A stretch of 64,000 nucleotides of DNA, taken from NCBI RefSeq assembly GCF_963921235.1, contig NC_086108.1:91266001-91330000 (forward strand). The letters are read 5' to 3'. Position numbers and translations under genes: made by a program. The notes below the pieces were generated by a model. It saw only the letters and a program-made list of their open reading frames with translations. It had not been told where the DNA came from and searched no databases. This stretch comes from Mobula hypostoma. Taxonomy: Eukaryota. This document shows, one piece after another, positions 24,240-38,087 of the stretch. The first letter of the stretch is position 1; each line of letters begins with the position of its first letter.

Positions 24240-27200
24240 ATCTTGACAAAGCACTTCCTTGGTGATATTGTTAAGTTTGGACAAAAGGGAAAAGGAAACA
24301 TGCATGAGGCTTAGAAAGCTGATATCAAGAAAGGCCCTTTAGGAATATGAAGGAAATAGGAACGTACACAAACCAGGAATTAGGATGGTTAAAAGGAGTT
24401 ATGGAATGTCCTTGGCGAGTAGGATTAAGAAGAATCCCAATGCATTTTACACATTAAGTGTAAAAGGGTTGCTAGAGAATGGGTAGGTGCACTCAAGGGC
24501 AAAGGTGGGAATTCATATGTGAAGCCAGAGGAAATAGCACTTGGCCTCAGTACCTCATTGTGCAATTTGATCTTTGATGTCCCTTCTTGCAGATGCCAGT
24601 CAGTTCAGATTGGCAACATCTCCTCCACAATCTCCAGTAGCACAGGTGCACCACAAGGCTGTGCACTTACCCCTGTTCTGCTTATTTTACATTTATGACT
24701 GCATTGCTAAGCACAGCTCCAATACCCTCTTCAAATTTGCTGATGACACCACCATTGTAAGCTGAAGCAAAGGTGTTGATGAATGAAAATCTGGTTGAGT
24801 GGTGCCACAACAACAACCTCTTACTCATTGTCAGCAAGACCAAAGAGCTGATTACTGACTTCAGGGGGAAGAAACCAGAGGTCCATGAGCCAAGACTAAA
24901 GGTGGAGAAGGGCAGCATCTTTAAATTCCTTTGTATTATTATTTCAGAGGACCTCTCCTGGGCCCAGCAAGTTATGAAGAAAGCACGGCAGTGCCTCTAC
25001 TTCCTTAGGAGTTTGCGAAGATTCAGCATGAAACTTCTATATTTGTGTAATGGAGAGTATATTGACTGGCTTCATCACAGCCCGTTATGGGAACACCAAT
25101 GCCCTTGAATGGAAAATCCTATATAAAGTAGTGGATACAGCCTAGTCCATCACGAGTAAAACCTTTCTCACCATTGAGAACATCTATACGAAGTGTTGTC
25201 ACAGGAAAGCAGCATCCATTATCAGGGACCCCCACCATCTTGGTCATGTTCTTTTCTCACTGCTGCCATCAGGAATAAGGCACAGGAGCCTCAGGACTCA
25301 CACCACCAGGTTCGGGAACAGTTATGACCCTTCAACCATCTGACTATTGAACCAAAGGGGATAACTTCACTCAACTTCACTTGCCCCATTATAGAAATGT
25401 TCATACAACTTATGGATTCACTCTCAAGGACTCTTCAGCTCAGGTTCTTGATATTTATTGCTTATTTATTATTATTATTTATTTCTTTTTGTATTTGCAC
25501 CTGCAAACCAACCTTTTATTGAGTATGCTTGCAATAAAATGAATCTCAGAGTTATACATGGTGACATATATGTACTTTGATAATAAATTTGCTTTGAACT
25601 TTGAATATTTAGATGAGGCTCTAAATGACTATTTTGCATCCATATACTCTAGGGAGAAGGAAATGGGTAATGGTGAGATAAGGAAAGGGAATGTAGATAT
25701 TCTAGAGAATGTTGATATTAAGTTGAGCATCTCGAAAAATGTAAAGGATACTGAAGGAAGCAAAACAAAGGCTTGACAAAGATCTTTGTATCCTCCTTAA
25801 CAACAGACAAGGTCCAAGAAGACTTAAGAATAGCCAGTTTCATTGTACTTAAGGAGGATAACAGCTTTAATCCAGAACATTACAGGCCAGTGATCCTTAC
25901 GTCATTGGAGAATATTTTAAGGAACAAGAATTCCTCACATTTGGAAAAGCAGGACCTTGCTAAGAACAGTTAACATGACTTTGTGTAGGGGAAGTCCTGT
26001 TTCACAAACTTGATTTTCTGAGATGACAAAATAGACCAATACGTGTAAATAAGTAACTTGGCTTATTATCACATGTATTGAGGTGCAGTGGAAAACTTGT
26101 CGTGCACACACAGATCAATGCGTTATAACAATACATTGAGGAAGTACCAAGGAAAACATTAACATAGTACAGAATAAAGTGTTACAGTTACAGAGAAAAT
26201 GCTGTGCAGTTAGACATTAAGGTGTGAGGTCACTTATTAGGGGGTAGATTGAGAGGTCAAGAGTCTAACTTATCATATTAGTGAACCATTCAATAATTTT
26301 ATAACAGCAGAATAGAAGTTGTCCTTGAGCCTGGTGGTATGTACTTTTAGGTTTTTGCACCTTCGGCCAGATGGGAGAGGAGGAAAGAAAGAATATCTGG
26401 AGTGGACTGTGGTCTTTGATTACGCTGGCCACTTTACTGAGGCTGCGAGAAGTGCAAACAGATAATATGGAGGGAAGTCAAGTTTCTGTGACGTGATGAG
26501 CTATGTCCACCACTCCCTGTAGTTTCATGCAGTCACAGGCAAAGCAGAGGTATACTAAGCCATCAAGTCATATACTAAGCAGAATTCAGATGGTGATGAG
26601 GAAGTGTGGTAGATCAACTAGCTGAGTGGTATTGAAACAACAACCTTGCACCTAACGTCAGTAAGACCAAGAAATTGATTGTGTATTTCAGGAAGGGGAA
26701 TTCAAGGGAACATACACTAATCCTCATCAAGGGATCAGCAGTTTAAAGGGTAAGCAGTTTCAAGTTCCTGGGTGCCAACAAGTCTGAAGATCTATTCTGG
26801 GCCCAATATCTTGATGCAATTACCAAGAAGGCATGACAGTGGTTATATTTCATTAGGAGTTTGAGGAGGTATGTCACCAAAGACTCAAGCAAATTTCTGC
26901 AGATGTACCATCAAGAGCATTCTAACTGGTTGCATCGCCGTTCGATATGGACGGGCCACTGCACAGGATCAGAAAAAGCCGCAGAAAGTCGTGATCACTG
27001 CCAGCTCCATAATGTGCACCAACCTCCCCAGCATGAAGAAAATCTTCAAAAGGCAATGCCTCAAAAAGGCTGCATCTGTCATTAAGGACCCCTATTATCC
27101 AGGACATGCCCTCTTCTCATTGCTGCCATCAAAAAGGAGGTATAAGATCCTGGAGACACACTCTCAACGTTTCAGGAACTGCTTCTTCCCCACCACCATC

Positions 27201-27470
27201 AAATTTCTGATTAGACAAAGAGCCTATGTACATGATTTTCTCTCTTTTTGCACTACTAATATATTATGAATTGCAATGTATTGTTGCCATAAACAACATA
27301 TTTCACAACCTATGACAGTAATATCTGTTTTCCTTAGAAGTCTGCGGAGATTCAGATGACATCTAACAATTTGAGAAACTTCTACAGATGTGTAGTGGAG
27401 AGTATGTTGACTAGCTGCATCACAGTCTGGTATGGAAACACCAATGCCTGTGAATGGAAAATCCTACATA
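24240..27470. mobile_element. Mosaic of old CR1 and Rex1/Babar fragments
   Basis: CR1 remnants at about 24300-24535 and 25605-26040. Rex remnants (FKFADDTTIV, KTKELITDFR, HALFSLLPS) at 24536-25600 (+), 26060-26560 (-) and 26580-27470 (+). Confidence 0.7.
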
Positions 27471-30400
27471 AAGGAGTATGATCTAGTGGCCATTACAAAG
27501 ATGTGGTTGCAGGGTGGACAGGATTGGGAATTAAATATCCAAGGATATCAGGTAATACGGAACGATAGGCAGGAAGTTAAGGGAGGTGAGATAGCACTCT
27601 TAATTAAAGATGAGATCAGTGCAATAGTGAGAGACAATTTAAGATCTAAGGAGCAGAATGTTGAATCATCTGGGTAGAGATTAGGAGTAGTAAAGGGAAA
27701 AAAAATCACTGGTAGGAGTTGTCTATTAGCCACCAAATAATAACATTACAATGGAACAGGCAATAAACAGAGAACTATCTGAGGTATATAAGAATGGAAC
27801 AGCAATTATCATGGGGGACTTTAACTTGCACATAGATTGGATGAATCAAGTTGGTCGAGGCAGTCTTGAGGAGGACTTCATAGAATGTATCTGTAATGGG
27901 TTTCTTGAACAGCATGTTACTGAACCTACAAAGGAATGTGTTACCCTGGATCTGGTCTTGTGCAATGAGACAGGTAAAATTAATTATCTTGTAGTTAAGG
28001 ATCCTCTTCAAAAGAGTGATCACTGTATGAGTGATCACAGGAAATTAGAAATGTGTACAATAAAGGAATAGCAGTTATAATGGGTGACTTCAATCTACAT
28101 GTAGATTGGGTGAACCAAATTGGTAAGGGTGCTGAGGATGAGGATTTCTTGGAATGTATGCGGGATGGTTTTTTGAACCAACATGTCGAGGAACCAACTA
28201 GAGAGCAGGCTATTCTAGACTGGGTATTGAGCAATGAGGAAGGGTTAATTAGCAATCTCGTCGTGAGAGGCCTCTTGGGTAAGAGTGACCATAATGTGGT
28301 GGAATTCTTCATTAAGATGGAGAGTCATATAGTTAATTCAGAAACAAAGGTTCTGAACTTAAAGAAGGGTAACTTTGAAGGTATGAGACGTGAATTAGCT
28401 AAGATAGACTGGCAAATGACTTAAAGGGTTGACGGTGGATATGCAATGGCAAGCATTTAAGGATCGCATGGATGAACTACAACAATTGTTCATCCCAGTT
28501 TGGCAAAAGAATAAATCAAGGAAGATAGTGCACCCATGGCTGACAAGGGAAATTAAGGATAGTATCAATTCCAAAGAAGAAGCATACAAATTAGCCAGAA
28601 AAAAGTGGCTCACCTGAGGACTGGGAGAAATTCAGAGTTCAGCAGAGAAGGGCAAAGGGTTTAATAAGGAAGGGGAATGAAGATTATGAGAGAAAACTGG
28701 CAGGGAACATAAAAACTGACTGTAAAAGCTTTTATAGATATGTGAAAAGAAAAAATTGGTTAAGACAAATGTAGGTCCCCTACAGATAGAAACAGATGAA
28801 TTGATTATGGGGAGCAAGGACATGGCAGACCAATTGAATAATTACTTTGGTTCTGTCTTCACTAAGGAGGACATAAATAATCTTCCGGAAATAGTAGGGG
28901 ACAGAGGGTCCAGTGAGATGGAGGAACTGAGCGAAATACATGTTAGTAGAGAAGTGGTGTTAGGTAAATTGAGGGGATTAAAGGCAGATGAATCCCCAGG
29001 GCCAGATGGTCTGCATCCCAGAGTGCTTAAGGAAGTAGCCCAAGAAATAGTGGATGCATTAGTGATAATTTTTCAAAACTCTTTAGATTCTGGATTAGTT
29101 CCTGAGGATTGGAGGGTGGCTAATGTAACCCCACTTTTTAAAAAAGGAGGGAGAGAGAAACCGGGGAATTATAGACCGATTAACCTAACATCGGTGGTGG
29201 GGAAACTGCTAGAGTCAGTTATCAAAGATGTGATAACAGCACATTTGGAAAGTGGTGAAATCATTGGACAAAGTCAGCATGGATTTGTGAAAGGAAAATC
29301 ATGTCTGACGAATCTCATAGAATTTTTTGAGGATGTAACTAGTAGAGTGGATAGGGGAGAACCAGTGGATGTGGTATATTTGGATTTTCAAAAGGCTTTT
29401 GACAAGGTCCCACACAGGAGATTAGTGTGCAAACTTAAAGCACACAGTATTGGGGGTAAGGTATTGATGTGGATAGAGAATTGGTTGGCAGACAGGAAGC
29501 AAAGAGTGGGAATAAACGGGACCTTTTCAGAATGGCAGGCAGTGACTAGTGGGGTACCGCAAGGCTCAGTGCTGGGACCCCAGTTGTTTACAATATATAT
29601 TAATGACTTGGATGAGGGAATTAAATGCAGCATCTCCAAGTTTGCGGATGACACGAAGCTGGGCGGCCGTGTTAGCTGTGAGGAGGATGCTAAGAGGATG
29701 CAGGGTGATTTGGATAGGTTAGGTGAGTGGGCAAATTCATGGCAGATGCAACTTAATGTGGATAAATGTGAAGTTATCCACTTTGGTGGCAAAAACAGGA
29801 AAACAGATTATTATCTGAATGGTGGCCAATTAGGAAAAGGGGAGGTGCAACGAGACCTGGGTGTCATTATACACTAGTCATTGAAAGTGGGCATGCAGGT
29901 ACAGCAGGCGGTGAAAAAGGCGAATGGTATGCTGGCATTTATAGCGAGAGGATTCGAGTACAGGAGCAGGGAGGTACTACTGCAGTTGTACAAGGCCTTG
30001 GTGAGACCACACCTGGAGTATTGTGTGCAGTTTTGGTCCCCTAATCTGAGGAAAGACATCCTTGCCATAGAGGGAGTACAAAGAAGTTTCACCAGATTGA
30101 TTCCTGGGATGGCAGGACTTTCATATGATGAAAGACTGGATGAACTAGGCTTATACTTGTTGGAATTTAGAAGATTGAGGGGGGATCTGATTGAAATGTA
30201 TAAAATCCTAAAGGGATTGGACAGGCTAGATGCAGGAAGATTGTTCCCGATGTTGGGGAAGTCCAGAACAAGGGGTCACAGTTTGAGGATAAAGGGGAAG
30301 CCTTTTAGGACCGATATGAGGAAAAACTTCTTCACACAGAGAGTGGTGAATCTGTGAAATTCTCTGCCACAGGAAACAGTTGAGGCCAGTTCATTGGTTA

Positions 30401-31562
30401 TATTTAAGAGGGAATTAGATATGACCCTTGTGGCTAAAGGGATCAGGGGGTATGGAGGGAAGGCTGGTACAGGGTTCTGAGTTGGATGATCAGCCATGAT
30501 CATACTGAATGGCAGTGCAGGCTCGAAGGGCTGAATGGCCTACTCCTGCACCTATTTTCTATGTTTTTCTATCTTTCTATGTATGATAGAACTTCTCATA
30601 CAATTGGAGAATGCAATAGTTCAACCTAAAAACAGGCGTGTGGAAAGAAATGGATCCATTGGGCAGATGCAGCATGGATTCAGCAAAGGCAGGTCCTGTT
30701 TGACAAACTTAGTGGAGTTCTTTGAGGATATGACGAGTGCAGTGGATAGAGGAGAACAGATGGACATTATTTACTTGGATTTCTAGAAGGCGTTCGATAA
30801 GGTGCTGCATAAAAGACTTATTCATAAAATAAGGATTCATAGAGTTGGGGGTGATTTATTAGCATGGTATGACGATTGGTTAACTAAGAGAAAGCAGAGA
30901 GTTCAGATACATGGGTGTTACTCTGGTTGAAAATCAGAGTGATGTGCCACAGGGGTTGGTGCTGGGCCCACAACTGTTCACGACATACATTAACGATCTG
31001 GAAGAGGGGACCAAGTGTGATGTTTGCTGATGATACTAACTTGAGAGGAAGAGCAGGTTATGCAGAAGATAGAAAGAGTCTGCAAAGAGATATAGATAGG
31101 TTAAGTGAGTGGGCAAGAGTCTGGCAAATGGAGTACAATGTTGGTAAATGCAAGGTCATCGAAGGAAAAATGAAAGAGCAGATTATTATTTAAATGGTAA
31201 AAAATTGCTAAAATGTGGAGGGACTTGGGAGTGCTTGTGCATGTATTACAAAAGGTTGGTTTGTAAGTGCAGCAGGCTCTCATGAAGGCAAATTGTTCTT
31301 AAATTCAATCTCTCTAGCAATGAAGGCCAACATTCTGTGGTGAATCTGTGGAATTCTCTGCCCAGTGAAGCAGTGGAGGCTACCTCAGTAAATATAGTTA
31401 CGACAAAGTTGGATAGGTTTTTGCATAGTAGGGGAATTAATGGTTATGGGGATAAGGCAGGTAGGTGGAGATGAGTCCATGGCCAGATCCGCCATGATCT
31501 TATTGAATAGCACAGCTGGCTCGACGGACCAGATGGCTACTCCTGCTCCTATTTCTTATGTT
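27470..31562 (+). mobile_element. Older CR1 LINE (APE to 3' end) split by a younger CR1
   Basis: YDLVAIT, MGDFN and KSDHCM|IELL joined across the insertion. QHGFSKGRSCLTNL and FADDT after 30580. Confidence 0.8.
28031..30579 (+). mobile_element. Young CR1 LINE, 5'-truncated within APE, few disablements
   Basis: ORFs 28053-28424, 28756-29877 and 29881-30357. TSD TGTATGA at 28024-28030 and 30580-30586. (TTTCTATG)n tail. Confidence 0.95.
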
Positions 31563-31569
31563 TTTACGC

Positions 31570-32495
31570 ACACAAGGTGGTGGATTCGGCCCCTTATGTC
31601 ACGGGTAACACCCCCCCCCAACCATTGAGCACATCAACATGAAATGTTGTCTAGGAAACCAGTACCCATCATCAGAGATCCCCATCACCCAGACCATGCT
31701 CTGTTCTTGCTGCTGCCATCAGGTAGAAGGTATAAGAGCCTCAGGACTCGCACTACCAGGTTAAAAAACAGTTACTACCCCTCAATCTTGAATAAAAGAG
31801 GATAATTACACTCACTTGCCCCATCATTGAAATTTTCCTACAACCAATGATCTTACTCTTAAGGTCTCTATCTCGTTATCTCATGTTCTCATTATTTATT
31901 GCTATTTACTTATATTTGCATTTGTACGGTTTGTTGCCTGGTTGATGCTTCCTGTTATAGTTACTATTTCGAAGATTTATGAGTATGTCCATAAGAAAAC
32001 CAACCTCAGGGTTGTATATGGTAACATTTATGTATATTGATAATAAAATTTACTTTGAACTTTTAATCTTTGGCACATCCAAAGAGGATGCTTTCTATGG
32101 GGCATCCATACAAATTGGTGAGAGTTAATGGAGACATCTCAAGCTTCTTTTGCCTCTTGAAGGAGTAGAGGTGTTGGTGAGCTTTCTTGGCCATGACACT
32201 ACATGGTAGAACAAGGTCAGGCTATTGATAATGTTTACTCTGAGGAGGTCTGAAGCTTTCAAACCTTTTGACCACAGCACCATTGATATAAACAGGAGCA
32301 CGTACCCCAGCCTACTTCCTGAAACTTATGATCAGATCTTTTGTTCTGCTCACAATGAGGGAAAGGTTGTTTTTATGACACTATGTTACGAAGCTATCCA
32401 CTTCCTGTACTGACGTTTGAGATGTGGCCCACATCTGCAACGTTGTAGACAGAGATAGAGCAGAATCTGGCATCCAGTTGTGAGTGTATAGGGCA
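31570..32495. mobile_element. Two Rex1/Babar fragments (+ 31570-32062, - 32070-32495)
   Basis: HPDHALFLLLPSGRRYKS and ATAATAAAATTTACTTTGAACTT tail. The minus-strand remnant resembles other Rex copies. Confidence 0.65.
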
Positions 32496-32669
32496 ATGGA
32501 TGTTGTTAAATATACTTCTGTAAAGCATTTGACAAAGAACCTTATGGTAGACTGGTCAAGAAGTTTATGTCTCATGGGATTCATGGCAATTTGGGAAACT
32601 TATCATGAATTGTCTTGGTCATAGAAAATAGAGGATAGAAATGAAAGGGTCATTCATTCAGATTCAGAA

Positions 32670-33331
32670 TAAATCTGTTGGGATTATCTACTATTTTTGG
32701 TGCTCCCGGTGTGGCCTCCTGTATATCGGTGACACCCAACGTAGATTGGGAGAGTGCTTTGTGGAGCACGTACGCTCCATCCGCCAAAAAAGTAGGACCT
32801 TCCAGCGTTCACCCATTTCAATTCTACTTCTCATTCTATCCTACTGCCACAATAAGGCCACAATCACAAGGTTGGAGGAGCAATATCTTATGTTCCGTCT
32901 TGGTAGCCTCCAACCATGAACATCAATTTCTCGAATTTCTGGTAATTTGCCCCCCCACCCTTCTCCTTCACCATTCCCTATTCTCATTTCTCTCTTTCAC
33001 GTTATCTCTTTACCTGCCCATCACCTCCTTCTGTTGCTCCTCCACCATACCTTTCTTCCATGGCCTTCTGTCCTCTCCTAACAGATTCCCCCTTCTCCTG
33101 CCCTATTTCTTTCACCAATTGACTTCCCAGCACTCTAATTCACCCGGGGAGCCTCCTCCTGGTTTCACATATCACCTTGTACCTCTTCCTCTTCTCACCC
33201 ACCTTCTTACACTGACTTCTAACCTCTTTTTTCCCAATCCTGATGAAGGGTTTCAGGCCAAATATCATCTGTTTTACTCTTTTCCATAGATGCTGCTTGG
33301 CCTGCTGAGTGCCTGCAGCATTTTGTGTGTA
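32670..33331 (+). mobile_element. Penelope-like element 3' part (GIY-YIG plus pLTR with degenerate hammerhead) inserted in an old CR1 (about 32500-34360)
   Basis: GIIY..WCSRCGLLYIGDT.RRLGECFVEH..RLEEQ..FRLGSLQP. CTGATGAAGGG at 33240. gatgctgc..cctgctgag terminus. Confidence 0.88.
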
Positions 33332-34631
33332 CTATTAATTCAATGAATGCGTACTTTTCTGATTGGAGATCTGTAACTGGTGATTTTTTTTGCAATGATC
33401 AGTGCTAGACCTCTGTTGTTTGCAATATATATTAAGATTTGGTTGAAAAGGTCGGTAGACTAATTAATTAGTAAGTATACATGAAAATTGGAGGTGTGGA
33501 TAATGAGCAAGGTGACATGAAAATTGGAGGTGTGGATAATGAGCAAGGCTATCGCAGAATACAACAGGATATCGATCAGGTGGAAATTTAGACAGAGAAA
33601 TGGGAGATGGAGCTTATTCTGAATAAGTATGTGACGTTACATTTTGGGAAGTCAAATTCAACAGGAAATCATACATAGCAGGGCCATTCATAGACAAAAG
33701 GATCCTGAGGGTAAAAATCCATAGCTCCCACAAAGAGACATGGGGTTATAAAGAAGGTATATTTCATGCTTGCCTTTATCAGTTGAGCATAAAAGTTAGA
33801 GAATCATGTTGCAGTTGTATAAATCTTTGGTTAGACCATATTTGGAGTATTATGTGCAGTTCTGGTCATTGTGTAATAGGAAAGATATGGAAGCTTTGGA
33901 AGGGGTAAAGAAGAGGTTCTTCAGGATGTTTCCTGGACTGGATTGCATTCCCTATATGGAGGTGTTGGTCAAACTTGGATTATTTGCTCTGGAGCTTCAG
34001 AGGCTGAGGGGCACCGAGAGAATATATTAAATTATGAGAGACGTGGATAGTGCAGATAGTCAGAATCTTCCTTACCCAAATGAAAATGTCAAATACTTGA
34101 GTGCATAAATGGCGTAAGTTTAAGGTGGGGGAGAAGGAGTTCAAAGGAGATGACGGAGCCAAGCATTTCACACTGAGTTTAGTAGATTCCAGAATGGACC
34201 ACCAGAGGCAGTGGTAGAAGCAGATACAATAGCAATGTTTAAGAGACACTTTGACAGGCATATGACCATATACATCAAGATGGGATGAGTTAGTTTGGCT
34301 TCATGGTCGATGCATACTTGCTGGGCCAAATAGCTTGTTTATTTTCTGTGTTTTCTGTTTACTACCCAAACAGCAAACTGCGTTTTCCAAAATCTCCCTT
34401 CTGGAAAGCACTATAGGGCTACTAAAACGAAAACTTCACACCACTTTTCAAGCATCTTCCCTCAGGCAGTAAACCTGACCAATCATTCTAGTTATCCCCA
34501 CCCCCTCTATCTATTATGCCAGTTTCTGCACTACACAGGAAACACATTAAACCACTTTTTATAATGTTGTTTACATTGTAAATACATGCTGGTGTTGATG
34601 CATTTATGCATATTTTTTCCATTCCATACTT

Positions 34632-35233
34632 GTTTTCCGTTCCAAGGTTGTCAAGCTGAGGGTGGTAGTTGCTCCTCACAGCATGCGCCTCAAATAGCCT
34701 CTGACAACCAAGTCCAACTCCTGGCTTTCTCGTGTGGCTTAGCCTCTAGCCTGGCGGAACTGTTTCTACTGACAGGAGAAGGGGCGAAGGCGGGTCCTGG
34801 CACCTGAAAACAAGTGCTTTGGGTAAATGGAGCTCGTCAGCCTGGGAGGACAGTCCATCCAAGACAGGGAAACTCTGATTTCAAATCTCTGCTACCTCGC
34901 GGCCATACCCACTCATGGGAAAGGCTTTGGGAGTAAACCCTGAGGACAAATCCGGAGCTGGAGTCCCTAAGGCAGTCCGACGTTGCCTTCAACTTTGTTC
35001 TGGCAACTCCTGCGACGACATTGATGCCAATCTGTATCGGCCCTTGCCCTTCCCTTGGACAACATCAGTGTTGTGGAGAGGGGAGACTTGCTGCATGGAC
35101 AACTGCCGGTCTTCCAAACAACCTCGCCCAGGCCTGCGCCCTGGAGAGGACACTCCAGTGTCGCCTCACCGCACAACAGATTGCAAGACTTCTCAGGCGC
35201 AGATCCATGGTCTCGCAAGACTAACGGACGCCA
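34632..35233 (+). mobile_element. Uninterrupted RTE-derived non-autonomous element
   Basis: TSD CCATACTT at 34624-34631 and 35234-35241. Homologous to 21147-22305. RTE-like 3' end atccatggtctcgcaagactaacggac. Confidence 0.75.
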
Positions 35234-36569
35234 CCATACTTCTAACTTTGCTTTTATATAATTCTTAGTTGTTTTGTTTTGAATGTTTTTATTGTTGCAC
35301 GTTACATTTACACACTAAAGCAAATTTTACTACGTGTAAACGTATATGACAAATTAAGTTGACCCTTGAACCTTGATGTGTGAAATCACACCAAGTGATT
35401 GGCACAAAGCTCTCACCATTGTCCTCCCTCGTTACTATCTATTGAGTATAGATCTGAATGGAATCAGGCTTAACATTACTACATATAAGACCATAAGATA
35501 TAGGAGCAGAATTAGGCCATTTGGCCCATTGAGTCAAATACATTAAAATACTATAAATTACAGTATGAAATATATATATAAATTGAAATTAAATAAGTGA
35601 AAAAATAAGTTTAAAAAATTAAATTAAATAACAAATTAATTTTTTATTAACTATTTAAAAAATTACTTACAGGTAGGTTGAAAAACTTACCTATAGAATC
35701 ACTTTAAGCCTTGCAGATTCACTTCCAGTTTAATTTCAATAATCCTCATTATTCTCACTCTTACCTGCTCTGCTTTCCACAGATCATCCTAGATTACTGT
35801 TAGAAGACTCCTGCTACTTCTCACAGCCAGAATGCACCTGGACTTTAAGAGGAGCAGAATGCCTTTAATTCGCAGTAACCACCACTGCCATCAGCCTCCT
35901 GCTGCCTCGTGCATCAGTGAGTAGGAAAGGACTGCTGACTACAAGTAGCAATCATTTAAAACAGCAGGCAGCACCAATTTAATGTGCTGCCTTTAACGCA
36001 ATGAATGGGGGTGGGTTAAGCCCGTTCTGAGATCTCCAGCACCCAGTTTCACCAATTACCCAATTAATCATTTTATTGTTTTAGATCTTAACCATGCCAC
36101 TCATTCTTTCATTGCATTTGGTAGAATATTTATCTTCCTAGAAAGTCAAAAAATAACAAGTCAGTATGATGCTTATAGCTCTAGTGACTGCGGTTAGGTG
36201 ACCTTTGATTATGATGGTTAGGTCACAGGATTGAATCTGATGAGCTTTGCCTTTTAAGCCCATAACCTTTGTGCCAACCTGAATGTGCAGAGTGGTAGGA
36301 AACAGCTGGAGTGTGAAATGTGAAATGGCATCACCATTTATACACTGCTCAGTTATGCAGAACATTTACAATAAACGCTTTGTGTCCATTAATAGTCGCA
36401 GCCCGTTCAATAAGTGGATTACTGGCAAAAAAATGAGAATGAACTTTGTTAATCTTTATAATTGCAAGAAATAAATAATTTACTGTAATGGCTCATTTTT
36501 GGAAGTGCAGGAAATATGACATACGATTCAAGATTTACACTGCCATAGTGTCTTTATAATTAATTAATT

Positions 36570-36908
36570 ACCTTTTCAAGTGTAGTCAATGTCCGTTGCA
36601 TAGCAGCTGATTTGTGTACGGAAAGCTCCCACAAACAACAATGTGAGGCTGATCATCTAATGGGCTCCTGTGATAGTCACAGAGTGATAAAAAATGGCCA
36701 GGATCCCCAGATCAACTCCTATGCTTTTAAGTGCTAAGGGAGACAATGGATAGAGTCAGAGTTCAAATCTTATATAAAGGGATGATGACTAAAATTGCAA
36801 CACTCCCTCAGCACTACACTGTCAGACTTGATATTCGTGCTGGCGTTTTTAGCGTGGGTCTTGAACCCTAATTCTGACTCAGATGAGAGTGTTGCCAAAT
36901 GAATCATA
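36570..36908 (-). mobile_element. Ancient Deu-domain tRNA-SINE (SacSINE1/AmnSINE-like)
   Basis: rc tRNA-like head (tggcaacactctcatctgagtcagaa..gggttcaagaccca). Body motifs actccctcagcactacact, tggccagga, tcccacaaaca and aagtgtagtca recalled from Deu-SINEs. Confidence 0.65.
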
Positions 36909-37014
36909 ATGATAAACTTAAATTTAATAGAAGTTTAATAGTTTTAAAATAATACTCTATATTTCGGGAACTACCTGTTTTCACCTTTAAGCTCTCTGAT
37001 GGCTTTACGGGATC

Positions 37015-37990
37015 TTTAGCCGGAGGATGGTGAATCTGTGGAATTCATTGCCACAGACAGCTGTGGAGTCCAAGTCATGGAGTTTGATAAGCTCTTGATT
37101 AGTAAGGGCATCAAAGGTTACGGAGAGACAGCAGGAGAATATAAATCAAAGTCAAAGTCAAAGTAAAAATACATTATCAGAGTACACTATGTCACCATAT
37201 ACAACCCTGAGATTGTTTTATTTTTCTGCCAGCATACTTAGCAAATCTATAGAACAGTAACTGTAAACATCATGAACTGTAAATAAACGGTGCAAAAGCA
37301 GATATAAATAAATAGCAGTAAATAACGAGCATGAAATAACAATATAACAGAGTCCTTAAATGCGTGTAGTTATCCCCTTTTGTTCAAGAGGCTGATGGTT
37401 GAGGCATATAACTGTTCTTGAACCTGGTGGTGTGAGTCCAGAGGCACTTGTACCTTCTATCTGATGGCAGCAGCGAGAAAAGAGCATGGCCTGGGTGGTG
37501 AGAATCTTTGATAATGGATTATACTTTTGTAAGACAATGTTTCATGTAGATGTGGTCAATAGTTGGGAAGGTTTTAGCATGACGTACTGGGCCGAATCCA
37601 CTACTTTTTGTAGGATTTTCCGCTCAAAGGCATTGATGCTCCTATACCAGGCTGTAATTCATCCAGTCAGCACACTATCCGCCACACATCTATAGAAGTT
37701 TGCCGAAGTTTCTGATGACATGCCAGGACTCTGAAGACTCCTGAGGAAGTAAAGGTGTTTTCTTCACAATAATATATACATGACATGTCCAGGACAGGTT
37801 CTCTGACTGAGTGATACCCAGGAATTTAAAGATACTGACCCTCTTCACTACTGATCTTTCAATGATTACTGGCTCATGGACCTCTGGTTTCCTCTTCCTG
37901 GTCTACAATCAGCCATGCTGGCATGGCAAAGCAGACGGTGGGCTGAATGGCCTAACCTGCTCCTATTTCTTATGATCTTGTGGTCTTATT
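37015..37990. mobile_element. CR1 3' end (+) split by a Rex1/Babar 3' fragment (-, about 37141-37905)
   Basis: gtgaatctgtggaattcattgcc CR1 segment, with its tail at 37905-37990. (CTTTGA)n Rex tail at 37146-37165. Confidence 0.75.
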
Positions 37991-38087
37991 TGGGGGAGGA
38001 AGGCGGTGGAACGGTCACCAATGAGAATCTGAAAATGCTTTCCTATTTGTCATCAGAAGCTAAATGAAGATCAACTGACAGGGATGA

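Noticed and set aside
33478..33549. 34-bp tandem duplication
   Set aside because: Simple slippage inside a dead CR1.
34711..34790. Twister-like reading (AACTCC..GGAGAAGGG)
   Set aside because: The loop sequence needed for the T1 pseudoknot is not complementary. The HDV-like arrangement fits better.
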